From contig CP008936.1 of assembly GCA_000743035.1 (NCBI GenBank), positions 600,001 through 632,000 on the forward strand: a stretch of 32,000 nucleotides of DNA, read 5' to 3'. The DNA is from Candidatus Paracaedimonas acanthamoebae (GTDB taxonomy: Bacteria; Pseudomonadota; Alphaproteobacteria; Caedimonadales; Caedimonadaceae). Below the pieces are notes generated by a model that was not told the origin of the DNA, made no database searches, and saw only the letters and a list, made by a program, of their open reading frames with translations. This document shows, one piece after another, positions 29,598 to 32,000 of the stretch; the stretch's first letter is position 1, and every line of letters begins with the position of its first letter. The position numbers were made by a program, and so were the translations under genes.

Positions 29598-30209
29598 CTA
29601 ATCCTCACTAGAGAGCGATTTTTGAAATATTGTTGCTTTTTCAAGCCATAGGTAAAGAGATGAGGATGGGTCATGCGCTAATGGCCGAAGGAGTTCAATT
29701 GCTTGTAAAAGATTTCCTTGTTTAAGTAATTCATAAGCCTTGCTATATTTTTGATGGTAGGGAGTCTCTTTAATTTGAACATAGCGTGTAAACCACTTAA
29801 ATAATCTTCCTTCTCCCAAGAAAGGTATAGGAAGTGGCAAAGAAATTTCACTTTCCATTAAAGACTTAAATTCACTTATAAGTTTCTGATAGGATGTATC
29901 TATTTCTTGTTTCGTGGATTCGTTTTTATGAGAAGAAAGGGTTTCTAACTGACTATTAAGAGTGAGAAAATATGTCTCGTACAATTTTATCTTTTCTTCT
30001 GCAAGTACGACTCTTTTTTCTAATTTATGCAGGTCATTTGTAAGGGTATTGACAAGTTGAGTAGGGTTTAAGTGACGAATGACAAGCGTAATACCAATGA
30101 GAACAAGTCCAAAAATAATTACATTCGCTATAATTGCTTTTTTTAAAAAGTTAGAGCCAGGATACTCGGATTCTAACTCTATTGAGGCTTTTTTTTCTTG
30201 AGCTTTCAC
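29598..30209 (-). CDS. Short HemX/alpha-Mic60 (mitofilin-like) membrane protein, GTG start
   Basis: One TM helix (AIIANVIIFGLVLIGITLVI), a coiled-coil segment, and a C-terminus FKWFTRYVQIKE...YSKAYELLKQGNLLQAIELLRPLAHDPSSSLYLWLEKATIFQKSL that resembles the mitofilin signature region. It lies between hemD and the hemY-like gene, with a GTGA overlap to hemD and a 2-nt gap to the hemY-like gene. Confidence 0.6.
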   Translation of the reverse strand: MKAQEKKASIELESEYPGSNFLKKAIIANVIIFGLVLIGITLVIRHLNPTQLVNTLTNDLHKLEKRVVLAEEKIKLYETYFLTLNSQLETLSSHKNESTKQEIDTSYQKLISEFKSLMESEISLPLPIPFLGEGRLFKWFTRYVQIKETPYHQKYSKAYELLKQGNLLQAIELLRPLAHDPSSSLYLWLEKATIFQKSLSSED

Positions 30210-30922
30210 GGGATGTCCCCCTTTTTTAGATCCCTTAGAATTTTAATGACCTCCTGTCGAGTTGGGGATGTTGCTATATAAAGTTCTTTCCACTGTATTT
30301 TCGAAACAATATTCGCAATTTCTGAACTTAAGCAAACCCCATAAAGAAACTGACATAAGCCTTTACTATTCTCAACCAGCTTAGCAAATATTTGTGCGTT
30401 GCGGGGAGAAAAAAATGATACTGCTGAAATTGTTTTATTTTCTAATAATTGTTGAGTTTGATGGCTGAGAGATGAACATTCAACAGTATTATAAGCAATA
30501 ATTCGTCTTGCAGAGAAACCTAGCTCAATAAGGGGCAATATAAGGTCTGTGTGGATATGATCTCCTGTGATATAAGCAATTTCTTTTTTTGTATGAGAGC
30601 AGACTCCTCGTATAAGAGGCAAAAGAGAGAGAGCAGTTCCATTCCCTTGGATAATTTCTTTGAAATGGAGAGAAGAAGCTAATTTCATAGATTCTTGTCC
30701 TACGACAAAGAGAGGAAGTGATCTTTCTTGGCTTTGTGCCGCGAAACAACGTATGCCATTGATGCTTGTAATAACGAGAGCTTGGACATGCTTTAGGTCA
30801 TATTGAAAAGGCTTTGATTCAATCTTAATCAAAGGATTGATGTGACTTTCAATACCGTAAGCCAGTAGATCATTAGCAAGCTCTTCGGAATCGTATTGAG
30901 GGCGTGTAAGTAGAACCTTCAT
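30206..30922 (-). CDS. hemD: Uroporphyrinogen-III synthase
   Basis: MKVLLTRPQYDSEELANDLLAYGIESHINPLIKIE, a HemD-type two-lobe length (238 aa), and the hemD/HemX-like/hemY-like operon context. Confidence 0.8.
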   Translation of the reverse strand: MKVLLTRPQYDSEELANDLLAYGIESHINPLIKIESKPFQYDLKHVQALVITSINGIRCFAAQSQERSLPLFVVGQESMKLASSLHFKEIIQGNGTALSLLPLIRGVCSHTKKEIAYITGDHIHTDLILPLIELGFSARRIIAYNTVECSSLSHQTQQLLENKTISAVSFFSPRNAQIFAKLVENSKGLCQFLYGVCLSSEIANIVSKIQWKELYIATSPTRQEVIKILRDLKKGDIP

Positions 30923-31016
30923 TTCATTAAGTTAAGCTCATATAATATTGATAAATAGGTTTTACTAAAGTTAAAAATATGTAAAATAACCACTATTTCT
31001 AATTTACTTAAGGATA

Positions 31017-31976
31017 ATGAGCTTGCTTTTAAAGAACTACAAGAAAATTCTGGTCATTAAACATGGGGCTCTTGGAGATTTAATAAATGCCATGGGAGCG
31101 TTTGAGGCTATCCGGCATAATCATCGTCAAGCCCATATTATCCTTTTAACGAGCCCAGCTTACATCAACTTGATGACTGAAACAGGTTATTTTGATGAAA
31201 TTGTAGGAGATGCACGGTCCCGAAATCCTTTAACAACATGGAAGCTACGGTCTCGTCTTTTAAAATTGAATGTCGAACGAGTATACGATTTACAAAATTC
31301 AGACAGGACCGCTCTTTATTTTAAGTTGTTAGGTCCTGGAAAACGACCAGAATGGTCGGGCGTTGCTACAGGATGTTCGCATCCTCAAATGCGTAAAGAT
31401 CATAAGCAGCTTCATGCTTTCGTGAGGTTTGCTAAGCAATTAAAAATAGCTGGACTTGATCTTAAAGGACAAGATGAACTTTTTCCTGATCTATCGTGGT
31501 TAAAAAAAGATGTAAATCATCTTAATCTTCCTGAAAATGCAGTACTTTTAGTGCCTGGAAGTTCATTGAGAGGAGCTTATAAAAGATGGCCAGCTGAAAA
31601 GTATGCTGAACTAGCACTATGGCTTAAAAATGAGGGATTTAATCCTGTCTTGTTGGGTGGACCTGATGATATTGAAGTCGTGAATCGTATTATAAAAATT
31701 TTCCCAACTATTCATAATTTAAGCCAAAAAATTAATTTCTTTGAAATAGGAGCATTGGCTTGCAAAGCACTTGCTATTATCGGGAATGATACAGGGGCAA
31801 TACATTTGGCTGCTGCAATGAAATGCCCAACCTTGATTTTGTGGCCGCATCCATTGGCTCCAGAACTCTATGCGCCTCGAGGAAAGCATGTGAAAGTATT
31901 ACGTTTGCCGAATTTGTCTGATTCAAATCTTAAAGAAGTCCAAGAAGCGGTACGAGAAATTTTAATGCATAATTAG
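31017..31976 (+). CDS. Glycosyltransferase family 9 (LPS heptosyltransferase-like)
   Basis: ILVIKHGALGDLINAMGAFEAIRHNHRQAHIILLT N-terminus, and C-terminal GNDTGAIHLAAAM typical of RfaF/WaaC-type enzymes. Confidence 0.75.
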   Translation: MSLLLKNYKKILVIKHGALGDLINAMGAFEAIRHNHRQAHIILLTSPAYINLMTETGYFDEIVGDARSRNPLTTWKLRSRLLKLNVERVYDLQNSDRTALYFKLLGPGKRPEWSGVATGCSHPQMRKDHKQLHAFVRFAKQLKIAGLDLKGQDELFPDLSWLKKDVNHLNLPENAVLLVPGSSLRGAYKRWPAEKYAELALWLKNEGFNPVLLGGPDDIEVVNRIIKIFPTIHNLSQKINFFEIGALACKALAIIGNDTGAIHLAAAMKCPTLILWPHPLAPELYAPRGKHVKVLRLPNLSDSNLKEVQEAVREILMHN

Positions 31977-32000
31977 CTGAATGATAGGAAAATTCAAAAA

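Overview
Low-GC (about 40% by eye) chromosomal segment with strongly alphaproteobacterial gene order. It is probably from a host-associated or intracellular lineage. That guess is an inference from secreted Sel1-repeat and eukaryote-like low-complexity proteins, with no taxon-specific marker in the window. Most of the window is housekeeping core: metG-tpiA, secG-pyrG-kdsA, acs, rpsF-rpsR-DUF2232-rplI-dnaB-alr, DUF2948-murA-dcd, a 1628-aa NAD-glutamate dehydrogenase, prs, a hemD/Mic60(HemX)-like/hemY-like operon, and a GT9 heptosyltransferase. Non-core content falls into four groups. (1) A minus-strand accessory block at 14.9-19.5 kb holds a secreted ComEC-type metallo-beta-lactamase-fold protein (split by a frameshift), a secreted Sel1-repeat protein, and a KGG-repeat stress protein with a near-perfect 120-bp internal tandem duplication, bracketed by about 185-bp direct repeats. 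(2) A secreted GNAT-like protein lies at 5.5-6.2 kb. (3) The two longest non-coding gaps (6.24-7.79 kb and 21.84-22.62 kb) hold two copies of one bipartite repeat. It carries a conserved hairpin, a second hairpin kept by compensatory substitutions, and small ORFs. I could not match it to any known RNA or mobile-element family from motifs alone, and it is the best candidate here for something undescribed. (4) Two genes, essential metG and the MBL gene, are broken at homopolymer runs. No rRNA, tRNA, CRISPR array, transposase or integrase was seen.
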